From: an uncultured virus (IMG/VR IMGVR_UViG_3300035183_001042)
Taxonomy: Duplodnaviria; Heunggongvirae; Uroviricota; Caudoviricetes
IMG/VR virus record: IMGVR_UViG_3300035183_001042
DNA: 64,000 nucleotides
Direction: 5' to 3' (one strand)
In this document: one piece after another, positions 10,150 through 20,510 of the stretch
Layout of the letters: each line of letters begins with the position of its first letter
Position numbering within the stretch: the stretch's first letter is position 1
Program-made: the position numbers and the translations under genes
Notes under the pieces: model-generated
Told to the model about the DNA's origin: nothing
Database searches by the model: none
What the model saw: the letters and a program-made list of their open reading frames with translations, nothing else

Positions 10150-11007
10150 ATGGAAATCTCGGTGAATCTGGAACATGTTCCTGGTGTTGACCCCGATATT
10201 TGGCGTCGACTTGTTCGCGATGCTACTGCGGTCACTCGATCGGTTGCCCTTGCTGCTGCGGTATGTCCGGAGAGGATTCGTACTGCCTCAAGAACAAGGA
10301 TCGACTCTCTTGAGAAGATCGAGAGACTCTCTCGAGAGTGTGGGCACTCGATGCGTAGAGTTCTCACTGTGCTCTTCGAGTTTTTGTCGAGGCAAGAGGA
10401 TCTCGAGTGGATCGCTGGGGAGCTCATCTCGGTGGATGTTCGACTCCATGTCTGGTGTCTGGCTTCTCTGGTGGCTTCTTTGGCCAGCGGGAAGGACCAC
10501 TTGACTGCTCCGTTTGGCGAGTCGATCGCTCAGAAGAGCGAGCGTCTGAAACGGATGCGCTTCGATCTTGCTGCGAAAGATGCAGCTACCACCCTGAGGT
10601 CCATGGTGCTGCGCGGCAGACTGAAGGACTCGTCGCTCTTGGAACCGTTCAGAAGAGCCCACTGCGTGAGCACAGACTGGAGGCTGAGATCGTCTGTCTG
10701 CAGTGCCGTGAACAACGCTCTGAGCCCGTTGTCGATCGACGATGTTCTTCTGTACGGCATTGGCATTTCTTCGTCTCGATACAAATCCAAGACGAAGCTT
10801 CGCACGACTGTGAACGACGGACAGTGGACGACGTACGACCCCGATCCAGAACGCTTCGACGAGGCTAGAGGCGCCTATCTTTCCGGGCTCCTATCGTTCC
10901 CGGTGGAAGAGGTGAGCAGCGGGGCTGTCTTTCGCTCAAGCGCGGGTCTCGCTGGCGCTATCGGAGTGATCGCCGGAGCTGCTGGCATGGTGCTATTTCG
11001 ACGCTGA
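10150..11007 (+). CDS. hypothetical protein with C-terminal membrane anchor; possible divergent Imm5-like paralog
   Basis: RLHVWCLASLV resembles RLGAWCAAQV of 45273; SFPV motif then GLAGAIGVIAGAAGMVLFRR. Confidence 0.7.
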   Translation: MEISVNLEHVPGVDPDIWRRLVRDATAVTRSVALAAAVCPERIRTASRTRIDSLEKIERLSRECGHSMRRVLTVLFEFLSRQEDLEWIAGELISVDVRLHVWCLASLVASLASGKDHLTAPFGESIAQKSERLKRMRFDLAAKDAATTLRSMVLRGRLKDSSLLEPFRRAHCVSTDWRLRSSVCSAVNNALSPLSIDDVLLYGIGISSSRYKSKTKLRTTVNDGQWTTYDPDPERFDEARGAYLSGLLSFPVEEVSSGAVFRSSAGLAGAIGVIAGAAGMVLFRR

Positions 11008-11478
11008 GGGCCTTCGCGTGCGATCATCTGCACATGAGCTTTCTTCGCTTGGCGATCTTCCTTCTCTTGCTTCCTTCGCTCGACTCTGCGACCGACTGGA
11101 GGCCAGACCAGGGGCAGGCTCTCGAGCCTCTGCCGCTCGAACTCGACGTGCTTGGCCCGACTTCGTCTGGGCCAGTGCCGGCGATCCAGAATCGATCGTG
11201 ATTCGTCCAGCGGTGCTCCCTGTAGGGGCTTGCGGCTTCGTTCTGTAGGGGCTTGCGGCCTCGTTCGCGCGTGCTTCGCTTGAGGCGTCTGCGACTGATT
11301 CTGTTGTCGTTGCGAAGCGATCCGCGCGATCCGTCGCCGATGCGGAGCGCCGTGCGCGAACGGCCGACGGCACGGTGAGCGAGCGCGCTTCTGGCGCAAA
11401 GATCATCCTGTGTCAGCAACGGTGCCAAAAGGTGCCACTGTGCGATCGCTGGGCTCACGTCCGAGGCAAGGATGGGCG

Positions 11479-12492
11479 TCAAGCAAGGCATTGCCTTCTT
11501 GAACCATGCACGCGTGGTCTCAAGGAGGCAACATCGCGCGGCGGACTCGATGCGAGTGCCAAGCTGATCTCTCGACCGATTGCCTCCGCCACTGGTGGAG
11601 GAAACGCGTTTCCAACCTGACGATACGTAGCTGTCTTCTTGCCCGCGAACACCCAGTCATCGGCAAAGCCTTGCAGACGTGCCACCATGCGAACGGTGAG
11701 CTTGGGCATTGCATCGACTGGGAAAGCCTCATCGGGCGCATCGTTGGCGATCCCAGCACCATCCACATGAAGCTCAGCCCACTGTGTGCGCGCGCGAGTT
11801 GGGCCGAGATCAGGTCCACCGTGCTTCTTCGAGCCGCCGACGATCGTAGGTCCGATGCCGTTGGCCAGTTGTGACCACTTGTCAGCACCACGCCAACCGC
11901 GGGCAGCCATGAGATCACGAAGCGTTGCACCTACCGTCGCGCGAGCGTCACGCGGCGTTGGCCAGCGAAACCGCTGAGCGATCGATGGCTCTAACGCGAC
12001 GAGCACAAACCTGGGGCGTAGTTGGGCGAGTCCGAAGTCACTGGCTTGAAGGATTCGGTAGTCTGCGTGGTATCCCATGAGAGAGAGCTTCGCGATGATG
12101 ATATTGCGGTACTCGTCGAACTTCGCGCTGGCAAAGCCAGGAACGTTCTCGAGCAAAACCGCGCGCGGCTTTGCCTCGGAGATCATCTCCAACGCACGAG
12201 GAAACAGATCCCGTTCATCTTCAGCACCCAGTTGCTTGCCAGCGACCGAGAACGGCGGGCACGGCACACCACCAGCGAAGAGATCGACGCCACGCCACGC
12301 GCGCGCGTTCACAGAGTGAACGTCGGCGTTGTGTACGTCCCAGTTCGGTCGGTTCAGACGTAACGTTTCGCAAGCGATTGCCTCTAGTTCAATGGCGCCT
12401 ACATGCTCGAACCCTGCCGCTTCGAGTCCGCATGCTTGCCCTCCGCCTCCCGCGCAAATCTCTAGGACCGTCGGCTTGCTCATCGTCGTCAT
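11479..12492 (-). CDS. DNA (cytosine-5)-methyltransferase, resembling the NgoMIV/NaeI type
   Basis: Motif I CAGGGG, catalytic GVPCPPFS, ENV, QLRPRF, YRQVGNAF; target-recognition segment GGSKKHGGPDLGPTRA. Confidence 0.95.
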   Translation of the reverse strand: MTTMSKPTVLEICAGGGGQACGLEAAGFEHVGAIELEAIACETLRLNRPNWDVHNADVHSVNARAWRGVDLFAGGVPCPPFSVAGKQLGAEDERDLFPRALEMISEAKPRAVLLENVPGFASAKFDEYRNIIIAKLSLMGYHADYRILQASDFGLAQLRPRFVLVALEPSIAQRFRWPTPRDARATVGATLRDLMAARGWRGADKWSQLANGIGPTIVGGSKKHGGPDLGPTRARTQWAELHVDGAGIANDAPDEAFPVDAMPKLTVRMVARLQGFADDWVFAGKKTATYRQVGNAFPPPVAEAIGREISLALASSPPRDVASLRPRVHGSRRQCLA

Positions 12493-12662
12493 GTTGCAGT
12501 ACTGGCCGGATCGATCAACGGAAGATAGTTTGACAGATTGTTCTCATACCGCGAGATCGAGCGGCGGTGCAGAGAGATGCGAGACAGACTGTTCGGCAGT
12601 CTACCGAGTAGTCGCCTGTGGTCCCCGGCAGGGAGGCCTGGTTCGGCGAATGGGTTTACCCC

Positions 12663-13487
12663 TCAGCCCCTGCTCTTGCTCTTCTTGGTTGGCTTGGTTG
12701 GCTTCGTAGGGAGCGCAGGAGGTTCGGCGGTAGCCGATGCTGGCTTGGCGGGCTCCACTCGGAGCTCGGCGGGCTTCGCTGGCTCGAAGGATGGTGGCAT
12801 GGGCTGCCCGGAGATGTATGATCCTCGCTCTGGGATGGCATGCCGGACGCCTTCGCGTAGGTCTGCCATGTCTCCCTCGAACCGAGGGATCAGGTGGACG
12901 TGCAAGTGCATCACGGTCTGGCCGGCTGCCTTCCCGCAGTTTATCCCGATGTTGTAGCCGTCGGGAGAGAGTTCCTTGTCGAGGGTCTCCTTGGCGCGCT
13001 CGATGAGCTCGAAGATGGCGTCTTGCTCCCTCGGCGAGGCCTCGAACCAGTCCTTCACCGGACGCTTGGTGATGAAGAGCATGTGCCCCTTCGACACCGG
13101 GCATGCGTCGTAGACCGCGTAGGCGAGATCGTTCGAAATAACCCACTCAGACAATGGGATCTTCTCGAAGATAGTCTTCGAAGGCCCCTGCTCGACCGGC
13201 GCCTTCGACCCCAGCTTCAGTCGCCATGAGACGGTGCGCTCGAGATGATCGATGGCGACAAGGCTGGCGATCTCGTTCTTCGCCGTGATCGAGCTGAAGA
13301 TGCCGTTCGTGGCCCTCCAGAATGGCTTGGCGAGATCGATCAGTTCCATCTCGGACATGCCGCCTGGCTTGAGCGTCTTCCACTTCCGTGCCGCCTCCAT
13401 CAGACAGCGCCGTGTCTCGACCTGCTCGCGCGACAACTTCTCTTCCTTCTCAGCCATGGCTTTCTCCTTCAACGCGTGTTTGCTCAT
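12663..13487 (-). CDS. HIT-family nucleotide hydrolase with N-terminal extension
   Basis: PVSKGHMLFI, DGYNIGINCGKAAGQTVMHLHVHLIPR histidine triad. Confidence 0.92.
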   Translation of the reverse strand: MSKHALKEKAMAEKEEKLSREQVETRRCLMEAARKWKTLKPGGMSEMELIDLAKPFWRATNGIFSSITAKNEIASLVAIDHLERTVSWRLKLGSKAPVEQGPSKTIFEKIPLSEWVISNDLAYAVYDACPVSKGHMLFITKRPVKDWFEASPREQDAIFELIERAKETLDKELSPDGYNIGINCGKAAGQTVMHLHVHLIPRFEGDMADLREGVRHAIPERGSYISGQPMPPSFEPAKPAELRVEPAKPASATAEPPALPTKPTKPTKKSKSRG

Positions 13488-13912
13488 GCTTCAAGCGTCT
13501 GCCCGAAGCGGTTCTTTGTGATTCTCACCCGTTCGGAAGCGTCGACCTCGAGCACCATGTCCGCGTCGTGGAACACGCTCGTCGCACAGGAGCTGGGCTC
13601 AATCCCCGCCGAGATCACGCCAGCGCACCTCGGATTCTGGTACCGAAACACATCGAGCGCATCGGTGATCTTCCTTCCGATGATCCTCATCGGATGGTCA
13701 CCCTCGCGGACGACCGATCCGCGCATCCGCTGGACTCCGTCGACCACCACCAGGTGAGGGTCATACCGAACGAGCTTGCTCGAGAGGTCCGAGAGATCGA
13801 AGGACCCGCCCATCCGTCGGCAAAAGTCACCCATCATAGCGATTCTGTAGCTCAACGTCCAGCGCTGCTCCTTTTTCCTGCCATGCTTCCCACGCGGCTC
13901 GGAGCGTGTCAA
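13484..13912 (-). CDS. truncated RadA/RecA-like ATPase C-terminal fragment
   Basis: LVVVDGVQ (Walker B-like), HDADMVL and KNRFG present; no Walker A. Confidence 0.5.
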   Translation of the reverse strand: MTRSEPRGKHGRKKEQRWTLSYRIAMMGDFCRRMGGSFDLSDLSSKLVRYDPHLVVVDGVQRMRGSVVREGDHPMRIIGRKITDALDVFRYQNPRCAGVISAGIEPSSCATSVFHDADMVLEVDASERVRITKNRFGQTLEA

Positions 13913-13951
13913 GCGTGAACAGCAAGAAGTTGAATCGCAGCGATGCAGCCA

Positions 13952-15664
13952 TCACGAGCGATACTGTGGCGAGGTGAAAATTTCTTCTTCTGCGCCGACG
14001 TTTTCCTTGAGAAACAACAGCCCAGACTTCGCCATCTCGCGGGAGAACCGAAATCCGGCGTGCTCGACGAGGTGCCTCATTCGATCGAATTTCTCATCGA
14101 TAGCGATTCTCGACAGCTCGTACTTCGCGTACATACCATTACCGGATACGCGCTTGTTGTAGAACATGCAGATCTCACGCATCTCTACGTTCTCCACGGA
14201 TACTTCCCTGGTGTTGACGTAGATCCAGTCCAAGGTACTAGTCCACAGAGGAGTCTTCCCTCTCGCCCCGCGCGCGTAGAAAACAAAACTCTCGTCGACC
14301 ATCCCAGCGACAAAACGCTGGATCAGCACGTCCTTCATCGATCCAGAGTCAATGTGCAGATCTTCGATGGTATGAGTTTGTTCCCAGTTTGTCCAATATT
14401 GGGTAGTGATCATTCCATCGAGGGCGCAGTTGTTGATCACGGCGCTGCCGACATGCACACGGCGAATGTCTGGCAATTCCAGCAAGCAGTCTCTCATCGC
14501 GAACCCTCTGATGTAGCTATCCATGATGTAGAGGGAGTGCGACCGACATCGCTCCATGAGTAGATTTTTGACCGTCGCGCAGTCGATCGCGCACTCTACG
14601 ATTCTGCAACCTATGAATGCCAGGTTGCTGATCTCGGAGTCGTACTTCTTTCCGGTAGCGATCGCCGGCAAAGAACGACCGATGCTGTTGGTGCCATACC
14701 TATCAGCCGTCAACTTCGATGCTCGCAGGCTTCTGGCGGTGTCGATGTCGAGACCAAAGCGCACTTGCTTCAAGAAGCACTCGTAGAAGACCGCTCCGTC
14801 AAGCATGCAAGATGACAGGTCGCATCTCGTGATCTGCGCCCAATGAAAACGAGCGTTCTTGAGGTTGATCTTGACGAGCTCTTTCGTATTCCAACCTTCG
14901 ATAAGAGCCCCGTAGAAGCGCTCTCCAGACAGGTTGATTCGGTCTGACGATGTGACGCCCATCGAGAGAGGGGTCCACGTCAGAGAAGGATCCATCTCGA
15001 CCTGCCTCCACAGCTTCTTTGGCTTCGAAGCGTTCCTCGCGTCTTGATCGGACGACGTCATCTCGACGGCCCTCAAGAACACCAGCGGATGAAAGAAAGA
15101 CCGGATTGGCCCCCACTGTAGTTCGTTGAAGTGAATCGATGTACCTGCGTCTTGTTCGTAGAGCTGCGACGGAACCGATCCGCCAAAGAGAGGGGTGAAC
15201 ACATGTCTGTTTGCAATGGACACCTGTGCTAAGGCGATGACATAGCTCAATCCTCCGACCTTGTCGTCGTGGTATCCTTTCCATGCTTTCCCGTCCCAAG
15301 AGAGCAGGTGACGGAGATACATCGCGGTGGTCTTCGCGGAACTATTGTCAAGCTGCTCGAGGAATCGATGGCAGAAGAAAAGGAATGCCAAGTACCTCTC
15401 CGTGGATGGGCAAGATCCGACGTAGATGCCTCCTTCTGCCATGGCTTTCACGACCATGTTCCAAGCCGGTGACTTTCCCTGAGTAGGCAAAAAGCCGGAA
15501 GCAGCAGGTCTTCTCTTTGTGCGGAAAGACCTCTCCTCCGGCGTAAAAAAGAGCTTGCGGTGGGCTTCGGTGATCGCCGATTCTGGCATGGTTCCGCTGG
15601 CGACCCTGATGATCGTTCTGAACCCGGCGACGACGCGATCGTACAGCTGCTTCTCTACGTCCAT
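13952..15664 (-). CDS. pentapeptide-repeat-containing protein
   Basis: NLSGERFYGAL and NLKNARFHWAQITRCDLSSCMLDGAVF; start at MDVEKQ after TAACAT. Confidence 0.65.
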   Translation of the reverse strand: MDVEKQLYDRVVAGFRTIIRVASGTMPESAITEAHRKLFFTPEERSFRTKRRPAASGFLPTQGKSPAWNMVVKAMAEGGIYVGSCPSTERYLAFLFFCHRFLEQLDNSSAKTTAMYLRHLLSWDGKAWKGYHDDKVGGLSYVIALAQVSIANRHVFTPLFGGSVPSQLYEQDAGTSIHFNELQWGPIRSFFHPLVFLRAVEMTSSDQDARNASKPKKLWRQVEMDPSLTWTPLSMGVTSSDRINLSGERFYGALIEGWNTKELVKINLKNARFHWAQITRCDLSSCMLDGAVFYECFLKQVRFGLDIDTARSLRASKLTADRYGTNSIGRSLPAIATGKKYDSEISNLAFIGCRIVECAIDCATVKNLLMERCRSHSLYIMDSYIRGFAMRDCLLELPDIRRVHVGSAVINNCALDGMITTQYWTNWEQTHTIEDLHIDSGSMKDVLIQRFVAGMVDESFVFYARGARGKTPLWTSTLDWIYVNTREVSVENVEMREICMFYNKRVSGNGMYAKYELSRIAIDEKFDRMRHLVEHAGFRFSREMAKSGLLFLKENVGAEEEIFTSPQYRS

Positions 15665-15951
15665 GGAGACTGATGTTACGCCAAGTCGCGTGCTTGACAA
15701 ACAGCGCGATCGCGACGCTCCATAAGCCACTCCCATGGCATAGTCCACGACTGATCCGCTCAAATGACTTCTAGCTATATAAGCAGCTGTGCTGGCTTTG
15801 GATGTTCGTCGCCGGTTTCACTTGGTTGGGTCCAAAGACCAATCTTCCGCTGATTTGCGTAGATGGAAAGCAGCCGTACTTGGAGTAGCTGCTCGCTGCC
15901 AATCGAGTACCTCGTCGCCATCACCGACAGGCGATGGTGTTGCGGATGATG

Positions 15952-16728
15952 TCAATAGTATGAGTAAAACAACAGAAAGTGTCCGGTGCGGCCTTTGAGC
16001 AGGTCATCGGCAATCACGCCGCGGAGTCGGCAGAGCTCGGCGTTGAACGCGATGGTCCAGGCAGCGTTGTCGGCGACTTTGGCGGCGTAGGCGGCGGCGT
16101 AGGCGGCGGCGTAGGCGGATGCTGCGGCCGCGTCGGAGGCGACAGCTGCGACGACGGAAGAGGAAGTGTAGGCGGCGTATGCGGCAGCGGAGGTGGCGTA
16201 TGCGGCAGCGGAGGCGGCGGAGGCGGTGCTGAAGGCGGACCCCGCGGCGGATGTGGCGGCTTCGTAGGCGGCGGAGGCGGTGCTGAAGGCGGACCCCGCG
16301 GCGGATGTGGCGGCTTCGTAGGCGGCGTGGGCGGCGGTGTAGGCGGCACTAGTTGCGGCACTCGCTACGTCGACGGCGCGTTTGCAATCTTGTTCTGTGG
16401 CTTTGCCGAGCACCCAGAACTCTGCTGTTTCGATTGCGTGGAGTGGTCTTCGCTCGCCCTCAGGCACGTACTGCATCGCTTCTCGTGCGCAGACGCATGC
16501 GAGGAGCACCGCGAGTTTAGGCGACCACGCAGACATCGTTCGAAGCACGGCGCGCGCGTCTGTCTGCTCGCGCGCCCAGTCACTCCAAGATACCGCAACG
16601 GCACGGCGGTGCGCTGGAAGCCACTCCGAAAGTGTATCAAGTGGGTCTCGCGCGCCACTCTGGGTTTCTTTCCACTCGTTCTGCTGCTCCGACGGGAGCG
16701 CAGCAATCGCTTTGTCGACGATGTTCAT
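15952..16728 (-). CDS. Imm5-like helical protein with Ala-rich repeat region
   Basis: LACVCAREAMQYVPEGERRPLHAIETAEFW; tandem paralog of 16743. Confidence 0.75.
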   Translation of the reverse strand: MNIVDKAIAALPSEQQNEWKETQSGARDPLDTLSEWLPAHRRAVAVSWSDWAREQTDARAVLRTMSAWSPKLAVLLACVCAREAMQYVPEGERRPLHAIETAEFWVLGKATEQDCKRAVDVASAATSAAYTAAHAAYEAATSAAGSAFSTASAAYEAATSAAGSAFSTASAASAAAYATSAAAYAAYTSSSVVAAVASDAAAASAYAAAYAAAYAAKVADNAAWTIAFNAELCRLRGVIADDLLKGRTGHFLLFYSYY

Positions 16729-16742
16729 GTGTTACCTTTCAG

Positions 16743-17366
16743 TTACAGCAGCCAATCAGCGGTGCGGCCTTTGAGCATGTCGTCGGCGATTACGACGCAC
16801 ATGCGGCTGAGCTCGACATTGTATGCAAGCCCCCAGATAGCGTATGATGCGTAGGCGGCTGCTGCGGCCGCGGCGTCGGCGGCTGATGCAACGTCGAATG
16901 CTGAGCGCTGGTTGGTTGTGGCGCGAGCGGCGCACGAGGAGGCTTTGGCGGCGGAGTGTGCTGCTGCGGCGGCGTAGCATGCTGCGGAGGCAGCGGAGTA
17001 GGCGGCATTAGCAGCGCGATCGCACTCCTCTGCTGTGGCCTCTCTGCGGCACCACCGCTCGGCCGTCTCGATCGCGCGGAGCGGCCTGTCCTCGCCTGCT
17101 GGCACGTAGCGCAGTGCCTCGCGCGCCACACGACACGCGATGAACACTCCCAACTTGCGCGACCACGCGTTGATCGCTTTGAGCACAATGCGCGCGTCTT
17201 CCCTTGAGTACGCCCATTCTGCCCAAGCGACTGAGACTATGTTGCGGTGCTCAGGAGTCCATGCTGAGAGCGTTTCGATCGGATCGCGTGCCCCGCGCTG
17301 TATCTCAGCCCACTCGCTCTGCTGCTCCGACGGGAGTGCAGCAATCGCTTTGTCGATGATGTTCAT
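16743..17366 (-). CDS. Imm5-like helical protein
   Basis: IACRVAREALRYVPAGEDRPLRAIETAERW; shares MNIxDKAIAALPSEQQ start and ADDxLKGRT end with 15952. Confidence 0.75.
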   Translation of the reverse strand: MNIIDKAIAALPSEQQSEWAEIQRGARDPIETLSAWTPEHRNIVSVAWAEWAYSREDARIVLKAINAWSRKLGVFIACRVAREALRYVPAGEDRPLRAIETAERWCRREATAEECDRAANAAYSAASAACYAAAAAHSAAKASSCAARATTNQRSAFDVASAADAAAAAAAYASYAIWGLAYNVELSRMCVVIADDMLKGRTADWLL

Positions 17367-17396
17367 GTTCTCACCTTAAACACATCTCGCTGACGA

Positions 17397-17759
17397 TCAT
17401 CGCGTAGCGTCGAACTCGTTTGGCTCGAAGCGCCACCCTAGACCAGCGCAGCTTGAGCACATGACCACGGTCCCATCGCTGACGCTGTATCCTGACCCTC
17501 CGCAGAAGACACACTGTTCATCTTGCGTGGGAGGGCCGATATCGATGGTAGCTTCTCTCGCCGCGATCGCGCGTTGATCGAAGTGGATCGCCTCGGACTG
17601 CAGCCCGAGCACCTTGACCCACTTCGGGAGGCGTTCATCGGTCTTGCACCTCTCCCAGAACGACTCCAACAGCGCTACAACGTTGCGTTTCAGAGAAATC
17701 TCTTTGTTGGTGACGATGGCCTTGCAGAAGGGGATGCAACTCTCGACCTGTTTGTCCAC
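17397..17759 (-). CDS. small protein with DnaJ-type zinc-finger motif
   Basis: CVFCGGSG...CSSCAGLG. Confidence 0.6.
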   Translation of the reverse strand: MDKQVESCIPFCKAIVTNKEISLKRNVVALLESFWERCKTDERLPKWVKVLGLQSEAIHFDQRAIAAREATIDIGPPTQDEQCVFCGGSGYSVSDGTVVMCSSCAGLGWRFEPNEFDATR

Positions 17760-17920
17760 GGCAGACAGATTGATCTGCCCTTGGGACGGAAGTCAAGATA
17801 CTTGGCATGGTGGTTGAACTGTCGTGATTCACGACATGTCTACGTTCGATTGCGTTTGCGTCTTGCTCAACATCTGTCTACGTTTGTGGATAGACCACAC
17901 ATCTCAGGTAGGTTGCGAAG

Positions 17921-18604
17921 ATGCGAATCACCACTCTGTCCATTCTTTTTCTCTCGTCGTGCGCGCTGCCTCACGCACGCGTTCGCGATGGCGGGTCTTG
18001 CACTGATCCGTCATGCAGTATTGGCGGAGAAGATTCTGATGCGTTCGCAGATGCGGCCTACCCACATGACGATCTCGCGGCAGAGGCGAGCGCACAAGAA
18101 GCTTCTGTCCATGACGCGGATGACGCATCAACTACGGACGCACTTCTTGCCGACGCGACGATCGAAGTATACACAGAATCTGGCCGCGATGCGGCCTCCG
18201 GCGCGGATACATCCTTGGACGAGCGGCGCGACTCAGGCGCGGATGTTCCTGATGCCCGAGATGCCACCGGAGACGCATCTCGACCAGATGCCATCGGAGA
18301 CGCATCTCGACCAGATGCCATCGACGTTACCTCTCCGTATCCAGCGTATTTCCCGTGCAGGATCAGCCCAGACTGCGCTGGGAGAGTGGCCTGTGCGTCC
18401 TTCGTTGAAGGTCGCACGACTGTGTGTTCTCCACCGTGCAGATCGAACGAGGATTGCCCAGCGTTCATCTTAGATCCGTCGATGGTTCCCATCTGTGTGA
18501 CTACACGAGGTATTTGCCTTTTAAGCTGCTCTCGTCCAGGCACATGTGCCCCTGGCGTGCAGTGCCTCGCCTACCCTGCTGGCACTTACGGGTACTGCTC
18601 GTGA
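17921..18604 (+). CDS. Cys-rich secreted protein or lipoprotein of myxobacterial style
   Basis: Signal/lipobox-like MRITTLSILFLSSC, Asp/Ala-rich linker with GDASRPDAI duplication, Cys-rich C-terminus. Confidence 0.7.
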   Translation: MRITTLSILFLSSCALPHARVRDGGSCTDPSCSIGGEDSDAFADAAYPHDDLAAEASAQEASVHDADDASTTDALLADATIEVYTESGRDAASGADTSLDERRDSGADVPDARDATGDASRPDAIGDASRPDAIDVTSPYPAYFPCRISPDCAGRVACASFVEGRTTVCSPPCRSNEDCPAFILDPSMVPICVTTRGICLLSCSRPGTCAPGVQCLAYPAGTYGYCS

Positions 18605-18855
18605 TCGCGCTGAAGGAAGCACTATCAGCATCGGAGATCGCGCTCTAGATTTCTGTGCGGCTCGTTTCTCGTTGCGAGCTGGTAAGCTTGGACGCCTCTT
18701 GTCTCGTTTATTCGCTATGCCGAGAACAGCTTCGGCATGAGCATCTACTGCGCAGATGACCACGTAGAGAAACGAAGGCAGCCATTGGATCGTAGCGCTT
18801 CATCTGCTCCGCAACCCTCTTGAGCGTCTTCGATCCTGCGTGCTATGTGGCGGTC

Positions 18856-19662
18856 ATGAGCAAGACTCGAGGATGGTCCGCAGCCGTGGCGTCTGCGAGA
18901 GGTAGCGCCAGAAGGGCTCTTGGAGAACTCTCGGAGAGCATGCTCGATGTAGTTCACGTCGCCGCTATGAACCGTGGTCTGGCTCTGATCGAGAAGATCC
19001 ATAACGCGTGGGATGTTCGACGCCGCTTGAACGAGAAGGAAGTAGTGTGCGTGCCTGGCGTGAAGACCGGCGTCGACTACCGAGGCGTCCTTCGTGGTGG
19101 GCGAGCTTTGTACGTTGAGTGCAAGAGCTGCTCGAGTTCGTCGTTTCCTCTGTCGAACATCCAGAAAAATCAAGTCGATCAACTGACGGCTGCCGAAGAT
19201 CTTGGCGCGGCATGCTTTCTGGTCATCGTTTGGGATCCAGACGGGGTTGCAGCTAAGGCGTCTTTGCGTGAGATGGGCTTTCCAGGAGGACCTGTACTGG
19301 TCGCTCTTCCTTGGTCAGAAGCCAGGGCTTTCATTGCCAACAACGCTCGCTCTGTCCCCACGGAGAAGTTGTTGGAGTTCGCTCGAACGTGGTCTTTTTA
19401 TGCGGGAGAAGAAGTCATGAGTCATCACAGAGCTGTCGATGAAATCGAGTCTGTTCCGGTCAGCATTGCGGACTGGATCGATCCTTCTCGTCCGAAGATG
19501 AGCAATCGTCCGTCGCCTGGACAAGAAGCCACTTACCGCGAGTGCTTCAGACTATTGAGCAGGCTGCGAGAGCTGACAGGGAGCAGTCTCGAGCACGTCG
19601 AGCGCGAACTGGTGAAGGTGATGATTGGCCGAGGGATCATCGCCCGTCCGAAGCCAGAGTGA
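18856..19662 (+). CDS. recU: RecU-like Holliday junction resolvase with C-terminal extension
   Basis: VDYRGVLRGGRALYVECKS...FPLSNIQKNQVDQL matches the RecU PD-(D/E)XK pattern. Confidence 0.8.
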   Translation: MSKTRGWSAAVASARGSARRALGELSESMLDVVHVAAMNRGLALIEKIHNAWDVRRRLNEKEVVCVPGVKTGVDYRGVLRGGRALYVECKSCSSSSFPLSNIQKNQVDQLTAAEDLGAACFLVIVWDPDGVAAKASLREMGFPGGPVLVALPWSEARAFIANNARSVPTEKLLEFARTWSFYAGEEVMSHHRAVDEIESVPVSIADWIDPSRPKMSNRPSPGQEATYRECFRLLSRLRELTGSSLEHVERELVKVMIGRGIIARPKPE

Positions 19663-19718
19663 AGATCTTTCATCTTCGAAAGAGGCATGATCGTTTGGGT
19701 TTGTGTTAGTGTATAGGT

Positions 19719-19928
19719 ATGAGCCTACAAGAGGAAATGTCATCTCTCTTCGACATCTGCTCGAAGATCAAAAACCTCACTGTTCACAGCGTGACTTCGA
19801 GGCAGAGAGGCGCATCGACGGTGCTCGTTGTCTCGTGCGTCGCGAAGCACAACGCACAGCACAACATACCCAAGAGACACGCAGGATACGACGTGATTTA
19901 CGTGTTCGAGAAGAGGAGTAGCAAGTGA
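19719..19928 (+). CDS. small hypothetical protein
   Basis: TGn-TAGTGT 6 nt before the ATG; stop overlaps the next start (GTGA). Confidence 0.55.
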   Translation: MSLQEEMSSLFDICSKIKNLTVHSVTSRQRGASTVLVVSCVAKHNAQHNIPKRHAGYDVIYVFEKRSSK

Positions 19929-20500
19929 TCGTTGGCACAGGAACGCTATCGAGAGACGATGTGGTTGAGGTATTAGGCCGCGACGTGTGGCGCTCGTCAA
20001 AAAACCTCACATCCATGCCTCATTCTGGGACATTCTGGATCGCGTTTGACGAGGGATTTTACTTTCCAGAGAGGAAGTCTCCGTTGCGCAGCGTCAACTT
20101 TACCGGACTTATCATCGTCATGGCGGACGAGGACGAGGATGGGTTCGACCGTGGTCGTCCTCTGTCGCGCATCGCGCCTACGCAGGAGATTGCAGATGCG
20201 GTTGTTCGCCATCTCCTCGACATCGAGGAGGCTGCTGGTCGGTACATTGTCCCAGTACACTGCATGCAGGGGGCCTATCGCAGCGGAGCGGTTGTGCAGT
20301 GGCTCGTGTCCGATTTCGGCATCCAAGAAGACAAGACGAGTCGTCGTCTTCTGAACTCTCCGACGAGCTTGACCTACAACAAGGCCTTTCTCCGGATGCT
20401 CAAGACAGCTGCGGACCGTTTGGCGAATCCGGTGATGGCGGATCGCATTCGTCGGCATCGAGCGCTCTCCGGTCTGGCTGAAGAACATCAGCTAATGTAG
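19925..20500 (+). CDS. protein tyrosine / dual-specificity phosphatase-like protein
   Basis: P-loop VHCMQGAYRS (HCx5R). Confidence 0.75.
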   Translation: MIVGTGTLSRDDVVEVLGRDVWRSSKNLTSMPHSGTFWIAFDEGFYFPERKSPLRSVNFTGLIIVMADEDEDGFDRGRPLSRIAPTQEIADAVVRHLLDIEEAAGRYIVPVHCMQGAYRSGAVVQWLVSDFGIQEDKTSRRLLNSPTSLTYNKAFLRMLKTAADRLANPVMADRIRRHRALSGLAEEHQLM

Positions 20501-20510
20501 TCTCTACTCC

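Noticed and set aside
15979..16854. Gly-rich and Pro-rich ORFs (15979 +, 16014 -)
   Set aside because: Shadow frames of the Ala-rich repeat in the 15952 gene
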